56,592 nt of DNA from Gammaproteobacteria bacterium (GCA_036526155.1 DATCZB010000147.1:1-56592), one strand, 5' to 3'. Shown: positions 21,160 to 30,562, counted from the first letter of the stretch. The notes: a model not told the origin generated them from the letters alone. A program made the numbers and translations.

Positions 21160-21182
21160 AAAAAGGGGTCAGACCCCTTTTT
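21160..21182. terminator. bidirectional rho-independent terminator hairpin (copy 1)
   Basis: AAAAAGGGGT-CAG-ACCCCTTTTT: a GC-rich stem flanked by an A-run and a T-run, so it reads as a terminator on both strands. It lies between the convergent genes secF and suhB. Confidence 0.7.
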
Positions 21183-21185
21183 CTG

Positions 21186-21207
21186 AAAAGGGGTCAGACC
21201 CCTTTTT
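21186..21207. terminator. bidirectional rho-independent terminator hairpin (copy 2)
   Basis: AAAAGGGGT-CAG-ACCCCTTTTT, identical to copy 1. It ends 1 nt before the suhB stop codon. Confidence 0.7.
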
Positions 21208-21208
21208 C

Positions 21209-22003
21209 TTATTCGATGCCGCGGGTCAGCGGCGCGAGCAGCTTCGATAAGGCCGCATAGACTTTCGGCGTTCCGGCGACGAGGTTGCCGCTGTCGAGAA
21301 AACCGTCTGTGCCGCGAAAGTCGCTGATCCGGCCGCCGGCCTCGCGAATGATCAGCGCGCCGGCAGCCACATCCCACTTGCTCAGACCAAGCTCCCAGAA
21401 GCCGTCGACTCGACCGGCGGCGAGGTAGCACAGATCGAGCGCCGCCGACCCCGGACGCCGGACGCCGGCCGTCTCGATCATCACCGCCCGCAGCATCTCG
21501 AGGTAGATGTCGATCCGATCTTCGGTCATCCGGTAGGGGAAGCCGGTCGCGATCAGTGCGCCCTTGAGCGCGGTTTGCTTGCTGACGCGAATGCGCCGGC
21601 CATCGAGCTGGGCTCCCTGACCGCGGCTCGCCGAGAAGATCTCCTGTCGCAGCGGGTCGTACACGACGCCATGCCGCAGCTCGCCGTCTTCCATCACCGC
21701 GATCGAGACTGAAAAGACCGGGTTGCCGTGCAGATAATTGGTCGTTCCATCGAGCGGATCAATGATCCACTGCACGTTGCTGTCGCCCGAGGCGCCGCTC
21801 TCCTCGGCCAGAATCGCATGTTCGGGATAGTGGTCGCGGATGACCTCGATGATGGCTTCTTCGGCGAGCTGGTCGACCCGAGAAACGAAATCGTTGCGGC
21901 CCTTCTCGGCGACTTCGAGCGACTCGAGACGATTGAGATGGCGAATCATAATTTCGCCCGCTCGGCGCGCCGCGCGAATCGCAATGTTGACCATCCCGTG
22001 CAT
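21209..22003 (-). CDS. suhB: inositol monophosphatase family protein SuhB
   Basis: Starts MHGMVNIAIRAARRAG and contains EESG, WIIDPLDGTTNY and WDVAAG. Divergent from trmJ, as in E. coli. The ORF extension up to 22453 is Arg-rich junk that overlaps trmJ. Confidence 0.9.
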   Translation of the reverse strand: MHGMVNIAIRAARRAGEIMIRHLNRLESLEVAEKGRNDFVSRVDQLAEEAIIEVIRDHYPEHAILAEESGASGDSNVQWIIDPLDGTTNYLHGNPVFSVSIAVMEDGELRHGVVYDPLRQEIFSASRGQGAQLDGRRIRVSKQTALKGALIATGFPYRMTEDRIDIYLEMLRAVMIETAGVRRPGSAALDLCYLAAGRVDGFWELGLSKWDVAAGALIIREAGGRISDFRGTDGFLDSGNLVAGTPKVYAALSKLLAPLTRGIE

Positions 22004-22054
22004 GAGGCCGTGCAGCGTAGAATAACCGGGCCTTACTGACAAACTTGATTTCGA

Positions 22055-22813
22055 GTGCAGATACCCGTTCGCATCGTTCTCGTCGAGACTTCGCATCCCG
22101 GCAATATCGGCGCGGTTGCCCGCGCGATGAAGACCATGGGCCTCCGCGATCTGGCTCTGGTTGCGCCAAAGCACTTCCCCGATGCCGAGGCGACCGCGCG
22201 CGCATCGGGGGCGGACGACTTGCTTGCCGGCGCGTCGGTCACGACCGACCTGCCGTCGGCGATCGCCGGTTGCAGCTATGTCGTCGGTGCTTCGGCACGT
22301 ACGCGCAGCGGCCGCTGGCCCGTATTGAGCGCCAGGCGCTCGGCCGAGGAGATCGTCGGCCGGCTGCCGGATGAGTCCGTCGCCGTCGTCATGGGCCCTG
22401 AGCAATCCGGGCTGACCAACGAGGACCTGGCGCGCTGTCATGCGCTGGTGCACATTCCGACTGCGCCCGACTATGGCTCGCTCAACCTGGCCATGGCAGT
22501 CCAGGTGCTGTGCTACGAGCTGCGCGTGGCGGTGCTCGACCGGGACGACGATTCATTCGCCGCAGCGCAACCGGAACAGCGCGAGGCGCCCCCGGCAACG
22601 GCGGCCGAGATCGAGGGTTTTCACGCTCAACTCGAGGAGTTGCTCGCGAGAACCGGCTTTCTGCACCCGGATCATCCGAAGGAGCTCAGGCGCAAGCTCA
22701 GGCGCCTGTTCATGCGCGCCGAGCTCGATCGCAACGAGATCAACATCCTGCGCGGCGCGCTCGCATCGCTCGACCCGGCGCGCGCGAGCCGCCGCCGGAC
22801 TGGTGATGACTGA
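22055..22813 (+). CDS. trmJ: tRNA (cytidine/uridine-2'-O)-methyltransferase TrmJ
   Basis: VRIVLVETSHPGNIGAVARAMKTMGL N-terminus of the SPOUT class, and SLNLAMAVQVLCYEL. Confidence 0.9.
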   Translation: MQIPVRIVLVETSHPGNIGAVARAMKTMGLRDLALVAPKHFPDAEATARASGADDLLAGASVTTDLPSAIAGCSYVVGASARTRSGRWPVLSARRSAEEIVGRLPDESVAVVMGPEQSGLTNEDLARCHALVHIPTAPDYGSLNLAMAVQVLCYELRVAVLDRDDDSFAAAQPEQREAPPATAAEIEGFHAQLEELLARTGFLHPDHPKELRRKLRRLFMRAELDRNEINILRGALASLDPARASRRRTGDD

Positions 22814-23972
22814 GCCCGTGATCTATCTCGATTATGCGTCGACTTCGCCCGTCGATCCGGCCGTGGTTGCCGCCATGCTGGCCTGCCTGCCACCTCAAGG
22901 GAAGTTCGCCAACGCGGCTTCGACGCATGCCGCCGGCGCCGAAGCCAGGCGCATCGTGGACGAGGCGCGCGCTCACATCGGGTCGCTCGTCAATGCGGCG
23001 GCCGAACGGCTCGTCTTCACCTCGGGCGGGACCGAGTCCAACAATCTGGCGCTCAAGGGCGTGTTCGGCCGCCTCGAGGAGCCGGGGCACCTGATCACGA
23101 CGCGGATCGAGCATCGTTCGGTGCTCGACACGGCAGGCGCGCTCGAGGCCAGGGGCGTCGCGGTCACGCTGCTCGGGTGTGACGCCGGCGGGCTCGTCGC
23201 CCCCGATGCGGTCGCCGCGGCGCTCAAGCCCGAGACGAGGCTCGTCTCGATCATGCAGGTCAATAACGAGATCGGCACCGTGCAGGATATCGAGGCGATC
23301 GCGAGCATCTGCCGCGAGGCCGGTGTCCTGCTGCACGTCGATGCGGCGCAGGGCGCGGGCAAGGTGCCGCTCGACATCGAGGGCTGGCAGCTCGATCTGT
23401 GCTCGTTGACTGCGCACAAGCTCAACGGGCCTAAGGGGATCGGCGCGCTCTACATTCGCCCCGGCGTCGAGCTCGAGCCCCTGATTCACGGTGGGGAGGC
23501 CGCGCTCGGCGTCCGAGCCGGCACGCTGCCGACCCACCAGATAGCGGGATTCGGCAAGGCATTCGAGCTCGCGTCCGACAGCGACGAGCCGTCGCGCCTG
23601 GCGGCGCTGCGCGAGCAGCTCTGGTCGGGTCTCGCGGCGATTCCGGATGCGCGGCGCAACGGTGATCCTTCGCGCTTGGCGCCGCACATTCTCAGCGTCA
23701 GCTTTCCGGGCGTCGAGGGTGAGAGCCTGCGCTTGGCGCTCGCGGATATCGCCGTGTCGCAGGGCTCGGCCTGCACCTCGAATGACCCGGCGCCGTCTCA
23801 TGTCCTGCGCAGTCTCGGGCTGTCCGATGCGCTGGCCGAGAGCACGCTGCGATTCGGCGTCGGCCGGTTTACGACAGAGCAGGAAATCGCTGCTGCGATC
23901 GGGCGCATCCGGGCGGAGGTCGGTCGTTTACGGGCCGTGGCGGTTGGCGCGCCGGATTGGTGCTCGACCTGA
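22806..23972 (+). CDS. iscS: IscS/NifS-type cysteine desulfurase
   Basis: Starts MTEPVIYLDYASTSPVDP. The PLP lysine context (TAHKLNGPKGIG) and the active-site loop (SQGSACTSNDPAPSHVLRSLG) are both intact. The C-terminus is shorter than in E. coli IscS. Confidence 0.85.
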   Translation: MTEPVIYLDYASTSPVDPAVVAAMLACLPPQGKFANAASTHAAGAEARRIVDEARAHIGSLVNAAAERLVFTSGGTESNNLALKGVFGRLEEPGHLITTRIEHRSVLDTAGALEARGVAVTLLGCDAGGLVAPDAVAAALKPETRLVSIMQVNNEIGTVQDIEAIASICREAGVLLHVDAAQGAGKVPLDIEGWQLDLCSLTAHKLNGPKGIGALYIRPGVELEPLIHGGEAALGVRAGTLPTHQIAGFGKAFELASDSDEPSRLAALREQLWSGLAAIPDARRNGDPSRLAPHILSVSFPGVEGESLRLALADIAVSQGSACTSNDPAPSHVLRSLGLSDALAESTLRFGVGRFTTEQEIAAAIGRIRAEVGRLRAVAVGAPDWCST

Positions 23973-24002
23973 GGCTTTCCGTTAAACTTCTCGTTTAAGT
24001 CT

Positions 24003-24383
24003 ATGGATTACGGCACCGAGGTTCGGCAGCGGTTTTCTGTCCTGGCCTCGGCCGGCACGCTGGCCGCTGACGCCGGCACAGTTGTGGCGGGGGCTGCGGA
24101 AGACCGGAGCCTCGGCTTCTGGGTCCGGTTTCAGGTCGAGTTGCGCGGTGACGGGATAGAGCGCGTGCGCTTTCAGGCTTTCGGCTGTCCGGCGGGTCTG
24201 GCTGCGGCGGATCTCGTCGCCGAGGCGCTCAAGGGGCAGCCGGTTGCGGCGCTGGCCAACCTGAACGTCGACGACATTGCGCGACGGCTCGAGATGCCGC
24301 GAGAGAAGCTCGGCAAACTGTTGCGAATAGAGGATGCGCTGGCCGCCTGTCACCTGATGGCGATATCGAAGGAACAAGGATAG
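24003..24383 (+). CDS. IscU/NifU-N-like protein with degenerate cluster ligands
   Basis: 126 aa, collinear with IscU ([16 protein letters not shown] matches RFKTYGCGSAIASSSL). The positions of the first Cys and of the His-Cys pair are not conserved. Confidence 0.7.
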   Translation: MDYGTEVRQRFSVLASAGTLAADAGTVVAGAAEDRSLGFWVRFQVELRGDGIERVRFQAFGCPAGLAAADLVAEALKGQPVAALANLNVDDIARRLEMPREKLGKLLRIEDALAACHLMAISKEQG

Positions 24384-24388
24384 AACAT

Positions 24389-24712
24389 ATGGCTATCTCA
24401 TTGACCGCCAGTGCCGCGGAACGCGTTCGCAGTTATCTGCAGCAGCGCGGCCACGGTATCGGGCTCAGGGTTGGCGTTCGCAAGACGGGCTGCTCCGGTT
24501 ATGCGTATGTCATCGACTACGCCGATGCGATCGAACAGGAAGATGCTGTTTTCGAAGGCCAGGGCGTCAAGGTCATCGTCGACCCCGACAGCCTCGCGCT
24601 CATCGACGGCACCGAGGTTGATTTCGTCAAGGACGGACTCAACGAGGCGTTCAAGTTCCGCAACCCCAACGTCAAGGGCGAGTGTGGTTGCGGCGAAAGT
24701 TTCAACATTTAA
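24389..24712 (+). CDS. iscA: iron-sulfur cluster insertion protein (IscA/ErpA, HesB family)
   Basis: 107 aa containing [16 protein letters not shown] and the C-terminal CGCGESF. Confidence 0.9.
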   Translation: MAISLTASAAERVRSYLQQRGHGIGLRVGVRKTGCSGYAYVIDYADAIEQEDAVFEGQGVKVIVDPDSLALIDGTEVDFVKDGLNEAFKFRNPNVKGECGCGESFNI

Positions 24713-24730
24713 GGATCTCAGGGACGAACG

Positions 24731-25162
24731 ATGGCAGAAGAACGCACTTTATCGATCATCAAGCCGGATGGGGTGGAAAAGAACCTGATCGGCGAGGTTT
24801 ACGGCCGGTTCGAGCAGGGCGGCTTGCGCATCATTGCGGCCAAGATGCTGCGCTTGACGAAGGAGCAGGCCGAGGGTTTCTACGCCGTGCACAAGGCGCG
24901 GCCGTTTTTTCCGGATCTGGTCAGTTACATGACCTCGGGGCCCGTGGTCGTGCAGGTGCTCGAGGGCGACAACGCGATCGCCAGGAACCGCGAGATCATG
25001 GGCGCGACGAATCCGGCCGATGCCGCGCCCGGAACGATCCGCGCCGATTTCGCAAGCTCGATCGAAGAGAACGTGGTGCACGGCTCGGACGGCCCGGACA
25101 CGGCTGCGACCGAAATCGCGTACTTCTTCGACGAGGGGGAGCTTTGTCCGCGAACGCGCTGA
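24731..25162 (+). CDS. ndk: nucleoside-diphosphate kinase
   Basis: 143 aa, starts [15 protein letters not shown], and contains NVVHGSDG with the catalytic His. Confidence 0.95.
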   Translation: MAEERTLSIIKPDGVEKNLIGEVYGRFEQGGLRIIAAKMLRLTKEQAEGFYAVHKARPFFPDLVSYMTSGPVVVQVLEGDNAIARNREIMGATNPADAAPGTIRADFASSIEENVVHGSDGPDTAATEIAYFFDEGELCPRTR

Positions 25163-26259
25163 CAGTCGAATCGCCCCGGGTAGCCAAGCCGAACCTGCTG
25201 GGCTACTCCGGCGACGAGCTCGAGTCTTTCGTCGCGTCTATCGGTCAGCGCCCGTATCGCGCGCGCCAGCTGATGCACTGGATGCATCGGCGACACGTTC
25301 TCGATTTCGATGCCATGACCGATTTGAGCCTCGCGTTGCGCGAGGCGCTCAAGTCAGTCGCGTCGCTCGCGACGCCGTCACTGTTGCGCGAGGACCGGTC
25401 GGATGACGGCACGATCAAATGGCTGCTCGACGTCGGCGGCGGGCAGGCCGTGGAAGCGGTGCTCATTCCCGAGCCGCGCCGGAACACGCTGTGCATTTCC
25501 TCGCAGGCTGGCTGCGCGCTCGATTGCGCGTTCTGCGCGACGGCACAGCAGGGCTTCAACCGCAATCTGAGCTCGGCGGAAATCCTGGGGCAGGTGGCGT
25601 TCGCGAGCGCGGCTGCCGCCCCCGCCGAGATCAGCAACGTCGTCTTCATGGGTATGGGTGAGCCGCTCGCCAACTACCGCAACGTCGTCGCGGCGACCCG
25701 GCTGCTGCTCGATGACCACGCCTACGGGTTGTCGCGCCGCCGGGTCACGATCTCGACGGCCGGGCTCGTGCCGCAGATTCGTCGGCTGGCCGACGACTGC
25801 AATGTCGCGCTCGCCGTGTCGCTGCATGCGCCGACCAATGACCTGCGCGATGAGCTCGTGCCGATCAACCGGCGCCATCCGATCGAGGAGTTGCTCGACG
25901 CGTGCTGGCAGTATGCCGAGGTGCTCGCTTCGCGCCAGATCACTTTCGAGTACGTCATGCTCGACGGCGTCAACGACAGCGTGCCGCAGGCGAGGGAATT
26001 GATTCGGCTGCTCAAAGGCCGGCCGGCCAAGGTCAACCTGATCCCGTTCAACAGTTTCGAGGGCACGCAATTTCGCTGCTCGAGGCAGGCAGCGATGGAC
26101 GCCTTCTGGCAGACTCTGAACGCTGCGGGTATCGTGGCGACTTTCCGGCGGCCGCGCGGCGACGATATTGCCGCCGCCTGCGGTCAGCTCGCGGGGCAGG
26201 TCCGGGACCGCCGCCGCACGAGATTGAGTCAGAAATTATCCGGGAGCACGAGCTCATGA
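25144..26259 (+). CDS. rlmN: 23S rRNA/tRNA (adenine-C2)-methyltransferase RlmN (radical SAM)
   Basis: [12 protein letters not shown]-domain, radical-SAM motif CALDCAFC, and GMGEPLANY. There is no in-frame ATG in the right place. I propose the TTG at 25144, preceded by GAGGGGGA, which overlaps the ndk 3' end. The start is uncertain. Confidence 0.88.
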   Translation: MSANALTVESPRVAKPNLLGYSGDELESFVASIGQRPYRARQLMHWMHRRHVLDFDAMTDLSLALREALKSVASLATPSLLREDRSDDGTIKWLLDVGGGQAVEAVLIPEPRRNTLCISSQAGCALDCAFCATAQQGFNRNLSSAEILGQVAFASAAAAPAEISNVVFMGMGEPLANYRNVVAATRLLLDDHAYGLSRRRVTISTAGLVPQIRRLADDCNVALAVSLHAPTNDLRDELVPINRRHPIEELLDACWQYAEVLASRQITFEYVMLDGVNDSVPQARELIRLLKGRPAKVNLIPFNSFEGTQFRCSRQAAMDAFWQTLNAAGIVATFRRPRGDDIAAACGQLAGQVRDRRRTRLSQKLSGSTSS

Positions 26260-27032
26260 AGATTGCCCCAGTCAGCATCCTCATCGTCGCCACGATCGCC
26301 ACGATCGCCATGAGCGGTTGTGTCACCGAGGGCTCGATCGCGCGTGAGCCGGCTTCGGAGGCCGAGCAGGCCGAGGCGAACCTCGCGCTCGGGATCGGGT
26401 ACCTCCAGGAGCAGCGCCCGGATCTGGCGATCGATGCGCTGCAGCGGGCGATCGATATCCAGCCCCGATTGGCCAACGCCCACCGCACAATAGCCATCGC
26501 TTACGACCAGACCGAAGAGTTCGAGCTCGCCGAGCAGCATCATCGCCGCGCCACGCAGCTTGCGCCGCGCGACGCCGATACCCAGAACGGCTATGCCGTG
26601 TTTCTGTGCCGGCAAAACCGCTGGGACGACGCCGAGCCCTATTTCGAGCGGGCCATCGATGCCTTGCGCGGTTCGGCTGTTCTGACCCCGGTCATGAATG
26701 CCGCCACGTGCTCGCTGAGTGCCGGTGATTTCGGGGCAACGGAGGCTTATCTGCGTCGGGCACTCGACACCGATGGATCGAATGTCGCCGCGTTGCGCGG
26801 CATGGTCGACGTCTCGATCCGAACCGCCAATTACTTCCAGGGCCGCGCGTTCTGGCAGCGGCTGGAGCGCAGCACGCAGATTCAGGCCCAGGATCTCCTG
26901 TCCTGCTATGTCATCGAAAGACGGCTGAGCTCCGAGGAGGCCGCGACAGCGTGCGCGACGCGGCTGGAGCGCGAGTTTCCGGGCTCGCCGGTCTTGAGTC
27001 AGCTGCAAGATTTCGAGCGAGATGGCGGCTAG
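26256..27032 (+). CDS. pilW: type IV pilus biogenesis/stability TPR lipoprotein PilW (PilF)
   Basis: Lipobox AMSGC followed by TPR repeats. Occupies the conserved slot between rlmN and rodZ. ATGA overlap with the rlmN stop. Confidence 0.75.
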   Translation: MKIAPVSILIVATIATIAMSGCVTEGSIAREPASEAEQAEANLALGIGYLQEQRPDLAIDALQRAIDIQPRLANAHRTIAIAYDQTEEFELAEQHHRRATQLAPRDADTQNGYAVFLCRQNRWDDAEPYFERAIDALRGSAVLTPVMNAATCSLSAGDFGATEAYLRRALDTDGSNVAALRGMVDVSIRTANYFQGRAFWQRLERSTQIQAQDLLSCYVIERRLSSEEAATACATRLEREFPGSPVLSQLQDFERDGG

Positions 27033-27456
27033 GAAGGCACAGGAGACCGACGCGCAGGAGGCGGAATCGGCTGAGACGCTGGGCGTCAAGCTGAAGAGCG
27101 CGCGCGAATCCAAGGAGTTGTCGATCGAGGCCGTCGAGGCGGAGCTTCGCATCGGCGCCGAATTGCTCACTGCGCTCGAGGACGACCGGTTAGACCTGCT
27201 CGGCGCGCCCGTCTTCGCCAGGGGCTATATCAAGCAGTACGGCGCCAGGCTCGGTCTCGATGTCGGCGAGCTGCTGGCCGAATACGATAGCTCGGCCGGC
27301 AATGCGAGCGTGGACATTCGACCGATGACCGAGTTCAGGCTTCGCGACCAGCGCAGCAACGTGCCGTGGATCGTGGCAGGCATCCTGTTGCTCATTGCAG
27401 CCGCATCGATCCTGTGGTGGTTCACCCTCGGCTCGGGGCCGAATCAGGTCTCATGA
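27022..27456 (+). CDS. rodZ: RodZ-like HTH membrane protein, truncated after the TM helix
   Basis: XRE-type HTH (LGVKLKSARESKELSIEAVEAELRI), a basic juxtamembrane segment and the TM helix VPWIVAGILLLIAAASILWWF, followed by only 11 residues. It sits in the syntenic rodZ position. Confidence 0.65.
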   Translation: MAARKAQETDAQEAESAETLGVKLKSARESKELSIEAVEAELRIGAELLTALEDDRLDLLGAPVFARGYIKQYGARLGLDVGELLAEYDSSAGNASVDIRPMTEFRLRDQRSNVPWIVAGILLLIAAASILWWFTLGSGPNQVS

Positions 27457-28724
27457 AAATCATCCAGCCCGTGAGGGGCATGAACGACGTCTTGCCGGCG
27501 GACGCACCCTACTGGGAGCGTGTCGAGTCCAGCGCTGCGGAGCTCTTCAATGGTTACGGCTACGGTCAGATTCGGCTTCCGGTGCTCGAAAGGACCGAGC
27601 TCTTCAGCCGCTCGATCGGTGAGGCGACCGATATCGTCGAGAAGGAGATGTATACCTTTGAGGATCGCAACGGCGATCAGGTCACGATGCGGCCCGAGGC
27701 GACGGCGGGCGTCGTCCGGGCAGGTTTGAGCAACGGACTGCTGCACAATCAGCAACAGAAGCTCTGGTGCACGGGCCCGATGTTTCGCCACGAGCGGCCG
27801 CAGAAGGGCCGCTACAGACAGTTCCATCAGCTGAACATCGAGGCGCTGGGTTACGGCGACCCCGAGATCGACGCCGAGCTGATCGTCATCTCGGCGCGGC
27901 TGTGGCAGGCGCTCGGCATCGAGAGCGCGACGCTGGAGATCAATTCGCTCGGCACCCCGGAGTCCCGGGTCGAATACAAGCGCGAGCTCGTCGAGTATTT
28001 CTCGGCGCACAAGGACCGGCTCGACGAAGACAGCCAGAGGCGCCTCGAGCGCAACTCTCTGCGTATTCTCGACAGCAAGAATCCCGACATGCGCGAGCTC
28101 GTCGCCGCCGCGCCGCTGCTTGCCGATTCGCTCGACGCCGAGTCCAGGGACCACTTCGAGCGTGTCAAGACGCTGCTTGGTGACGTCGGTGTCGACTTCG
28201 TCATCAACCCGAGGCTCGTGCGTGGCCTCGATTATTACTCGCGCACGGTCTTCGAATGGGTCACCGATCGGCTCGGTGCGCAGAGCGCGATCTGCTCCGG
28301 CGGCCGGTACGACGGGCTCGTTGCCGAGCTCGGCGGGCGGCCGACGCCGGCCGTGGGCTGGGCGCTCGGCATCGAGCGGGTGGTCGAGGTGATGCGGGCC
28401 GAAGGGCAGGAGCCGGCAGCAGAGGTCCCGCATGCCTGTGTCGTCGCCGTTGGCGACGCGGCGCGCCGGAAGGGCTTTGCTCTGGCCGAGTCGCTGCGGC
28501 GCAGCATAGACGGCCTCAGGGTCGTGCTGGCGCAGCCGTCAGCGGGCTTCAAAGCGCAGCTGAAGCGAGCCGACAAGTCGGGCGCGCGCTACGCGCTGAT
28601 CCTCGGCGAGGACGAGATCGCCAGCGGCGAGGTCGGCCTCAAGGACTTGCGCGAGGACAAGGGCCAGCAGTCACTGACCGAGTCCGGGCTCGCCGAAGCG
28701 CTCAGCACGCTGCTAAGCCGTTAG
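27453..28724 (+). CDS. hisS: histidine-tRNA ligase
   Basis: Starts MKIIQPVRGMNDVLP and contains MRPEATAGVVRA, FRHERPQKGRYRQFHQ and GGRYDGL. ATGA overlap with the rodZ-like stop. Confidence 0.95.
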   Translation: MKIIQPVRGMNDVLPADAPYWERVESSAAELFNGYGYGQIRLPVLERTELFSRSIGEATDIVEKEMYTFEDRNGDQVTMRPEATAGVVRAGLSNGLLHNQQQKLWCTGPMFRHERPQKGRYRQFHQLNIEALGYGDPEIDAELIVISARLWQALGIESATLEINSLGTPESRVEYKRELVEYFSAHKDRLDEDSQRRLERNSLRILDSKNPDMRELVAAAPLLADSLDAESRDHFERVKTLLGDVGVDFVINPRLVRGLDYYSRTVFEWVTDRLGAQSAICSGGRYDGLVAELGGRPTPAVGWALGIERVVEVMRAEGQEPAAEVPHACVVAVGDAARRKGFALAESLRRSIDGLRVVLAQPSAGFKAQLKRADKSGARYALILGEDEIASGEVGLKDLREDKGQQSLTESGLAEALSTLLSR

Positions 28725-28738
28725 AATAGCGCCGGACC

Positions 28739-29404
28739 ATGGACGAAAACCTTTCAGAAAAAGAGCAAATCGAGCTGATCCGGCAATGGTGGCGGGAGAA
28801 CGGGTGGTACCTCGTCGGCGGCGCCGTTCTCGCGGGTCTCGGCTATTTCGGCTGGGGCCAGTACCAGGCGCGTGAGCTGCGCATCGCCGAGGACGCCGGA
28901 GTCATCTATCGGGAGCTCGTGCAGTCGGTCGAGGATGACGACCGCGAGCAGGTCGACGCGCTGCTGACCCGGCTCGCCACCGACTATGCAGCGAGCGGTT
29001 ACACGGATCAGGCGCGGCTGCTGATCGCCCAGGACAATCTGGTTCGGGATACGGACCGCTCGATTCTCGAGCTCGAAGCCGTGGTCGCGCAAAGCGGCGA
29101 CGCGGGTCTCGCCAACATTGCACGCGAGCGGCTGGCGCGCGTTCTGGCCTACGACGAGCAGTTCGATCGCGCTCTCGATGTCCTGAACGTGGCCGATGCC
29201 GGCGAGTTCGAAGCCCGCTTCAGCGAGATTCGCGGCGACATTCATGCCGCGGCCGGCAACACGGAGGCGGCAATCAGCGCCTATACCGATGCACTGTTCG
29301 GCGCTGCCAACGGGACCGTCGACAGCGACTTCGTGCAGCTCAAGCTCAATGACCTGATTCAGGCGACGGTGCCCGATTCCGCGGAATCGGGAGACGAGGG
29401 ATGA
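28739..29404 (+). CDS. yfgM: YfgM-family membrane-anchored TPR-like protein
   Basis: EKEQIELIRQWWRENGWYLVGGAVLA N-terminal anchor. Occupies the conserved slot between hisS and bamB. Confidence 0.8.
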   Translation: MDENLSEKEQIELIRQWWRENGWYLVGGAVLAGLGYFGWGQYQARELRIAEDAGVIYRELVQSVEDDDREQVDALLTRLATDYAASGYTDQARLLIAQDNLVRDTDRSILELEAVVAQSGDAGLANIARERLARVLAYDEQFDRALDVLNVADAGEFEARFSEIRGDIHAAAGNTEAAISAYTDALFGAANGTVDSDFVQLKLNDLIQATVPDSAESGDEG

Positions 29405-30546
29405 AGGCGCGCATCTGGCTGTTGCTCGTTGCGGGCGGGCTAGGAGCGTGTGGTGGCGGTAACACCATCGAGCCGCCGGCGAATCTCGTTTCTTTCGACG
29501 AGACGCTTGCAATCCGCGAGGTCTGGAGCGCCAGCGTCGGCGAGGGCAGCGAACGGCTGCGTCTCGGGCTCGCGCCTGCGACGGACGGCCGGCTCCTGTT
29601 TGCAGGCGCCCAGGATGGCACGGCGACCGCTTTCAATCTGACCAATGGCGAGCTCGTCTGGAGTCGCGAGACTGGCAGCCGGCTCGCGGCCGGCCCGGGG
29701 GTCGGCGGTGGTATCGTCGTATTCGGCACCACCGACGGCACACTGCTCGCACTCGACGCCGCGACCGGTGAGCCGGTCTGGCAGGAAGACGTTGGCAGTG
29801 AGGTGCTCGCCGCGCCGGTCGTCGATGATGACGGCGTCGCATTTCGCAGCGTCGACGGCAGGCTGACGACGCTTGCAGTCGAGGACGGCAGCGAACTCTG
29901 GACCATCGTCCAGTCGCTTCCGGTCCTGACGCTGCGCGGCAACAGCTCACCGATCGTCATTGGCGAGAATGTCATCGCGGGCTTCGACAATGGCCGCGTG
30001 GGCAACTACGACATGGAGTTCGGGCAATCCAATTGGGAGATCCAGCTCGCGTCACCCGTCGGGCGATCGGAGATCGATCGGCTCGTCGACGTCGGGGTCG
30101 ATCTCGAGGTCTTCGGCAATGATGTCTATGCGGCGACGTTTCAGGGGCGGGCTGCAGCCGTCGACCTGACCTCGGGCGCCGTGCTCTGGGAGCGCGATTT
30201 CTCGTCCTTCACCGGGATCGGTGTCGATATCCAGAACGTCTATGTGACCAGTGACGTCAGCAGCGTCGTCGCATTGAACCGTCGGAACGGGAACGAGGTC
30301 TGGCGGCAGGAGGCCCTGCGGCTCCGCGACGTGACGGCGGCCAGCCGGTTTCGGGATACGGTCGTGGTCGCCGACTACGAGGGCTATGTGCATTTCCTGA
30401 GCGCGAGCGACGGACGCTTTGTCGGGCGTCACCGGGTCGGGTCCGGGCAGATTACGGCGCAGCCGCTTGCGCTCGGCCCGCTGCTGTTCGTTCAGTCCGA
30501 GGACGGCACGCTCGCCGCTCTGGAAATCGTCGACAGGTCGTCCTAG
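29401..30546 (+). CDS. bamB: outer-membrane protein assembly factor BamB
   Basis: Lipobox LGAC and PQQ-like beta-propeller repeats (G.L.ALDA.TG...W). ATGA overlap with yfgM. Followed by der. Confidence 0.9.
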   Translation: MKARIWLLLVAGGLGACGGGNTIEPPANLVSFDETLAIREVWSASVGEGSERLRLGLAPATDGRLLFAGAQDGTATAFNLTNGELVWSRETGSRLAAGPGVGGGIVVFGTTDGTLLALDAATGEPVWQEDVGSEVLAAPVVDDDGVAFRSVDGRLTTLAVEDGSELWTIVQSLPVLTLRGNSSPIVIGENVIAGFDNGRVGNYDMEFGQSNWEIQLASPVGRSEIDRLVDVGVDLEVFGNDVYAATFQGRAAAVDLTSGAVLWERDFSSFTGIGVDIQNVYVTSDVSSVVALNRRNGNEVWRQEALRLRDVTAASRFRDTVVVADYEGYVHFLSASDGRFVGRHRVGSGQITAQPLALGPLLFVQSEDGTLAALEIVDRSS

Positions 30547-30562
30547 GCGGTGGGGACAGAGA

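Larger units (their letters stand above)
21145..21207. repeat. three tandem copies of AAAAGGGGTCAGAC filling the secF/suhB spacer
   Basis: The copies start at about 21145, 21160 and 21186. Copies 2 and 3 extend into perfect inverted repeats AAAAGGGGTCAGACCCCTTTT. Confidence 0.9.

Noticed and set aside
22004-22453. Upstream extension of the suhB ORF (the 414-aa version).
   Set aside because: The extension overlaps trmJ on the opposite strand and has no homology. SuhB homologues start at the MHGMVNIAIRAARRAG equivalent.
26281-26310. Tandem 9-nt repeat GCCACGATC x2 (coding ATIATIA) in the pilW signal peptide.
   Set aside because: This is a very short in-frame duplication inside a hydrophobic signal sequence and is probably neutral slippage. 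It is not a repeat element.
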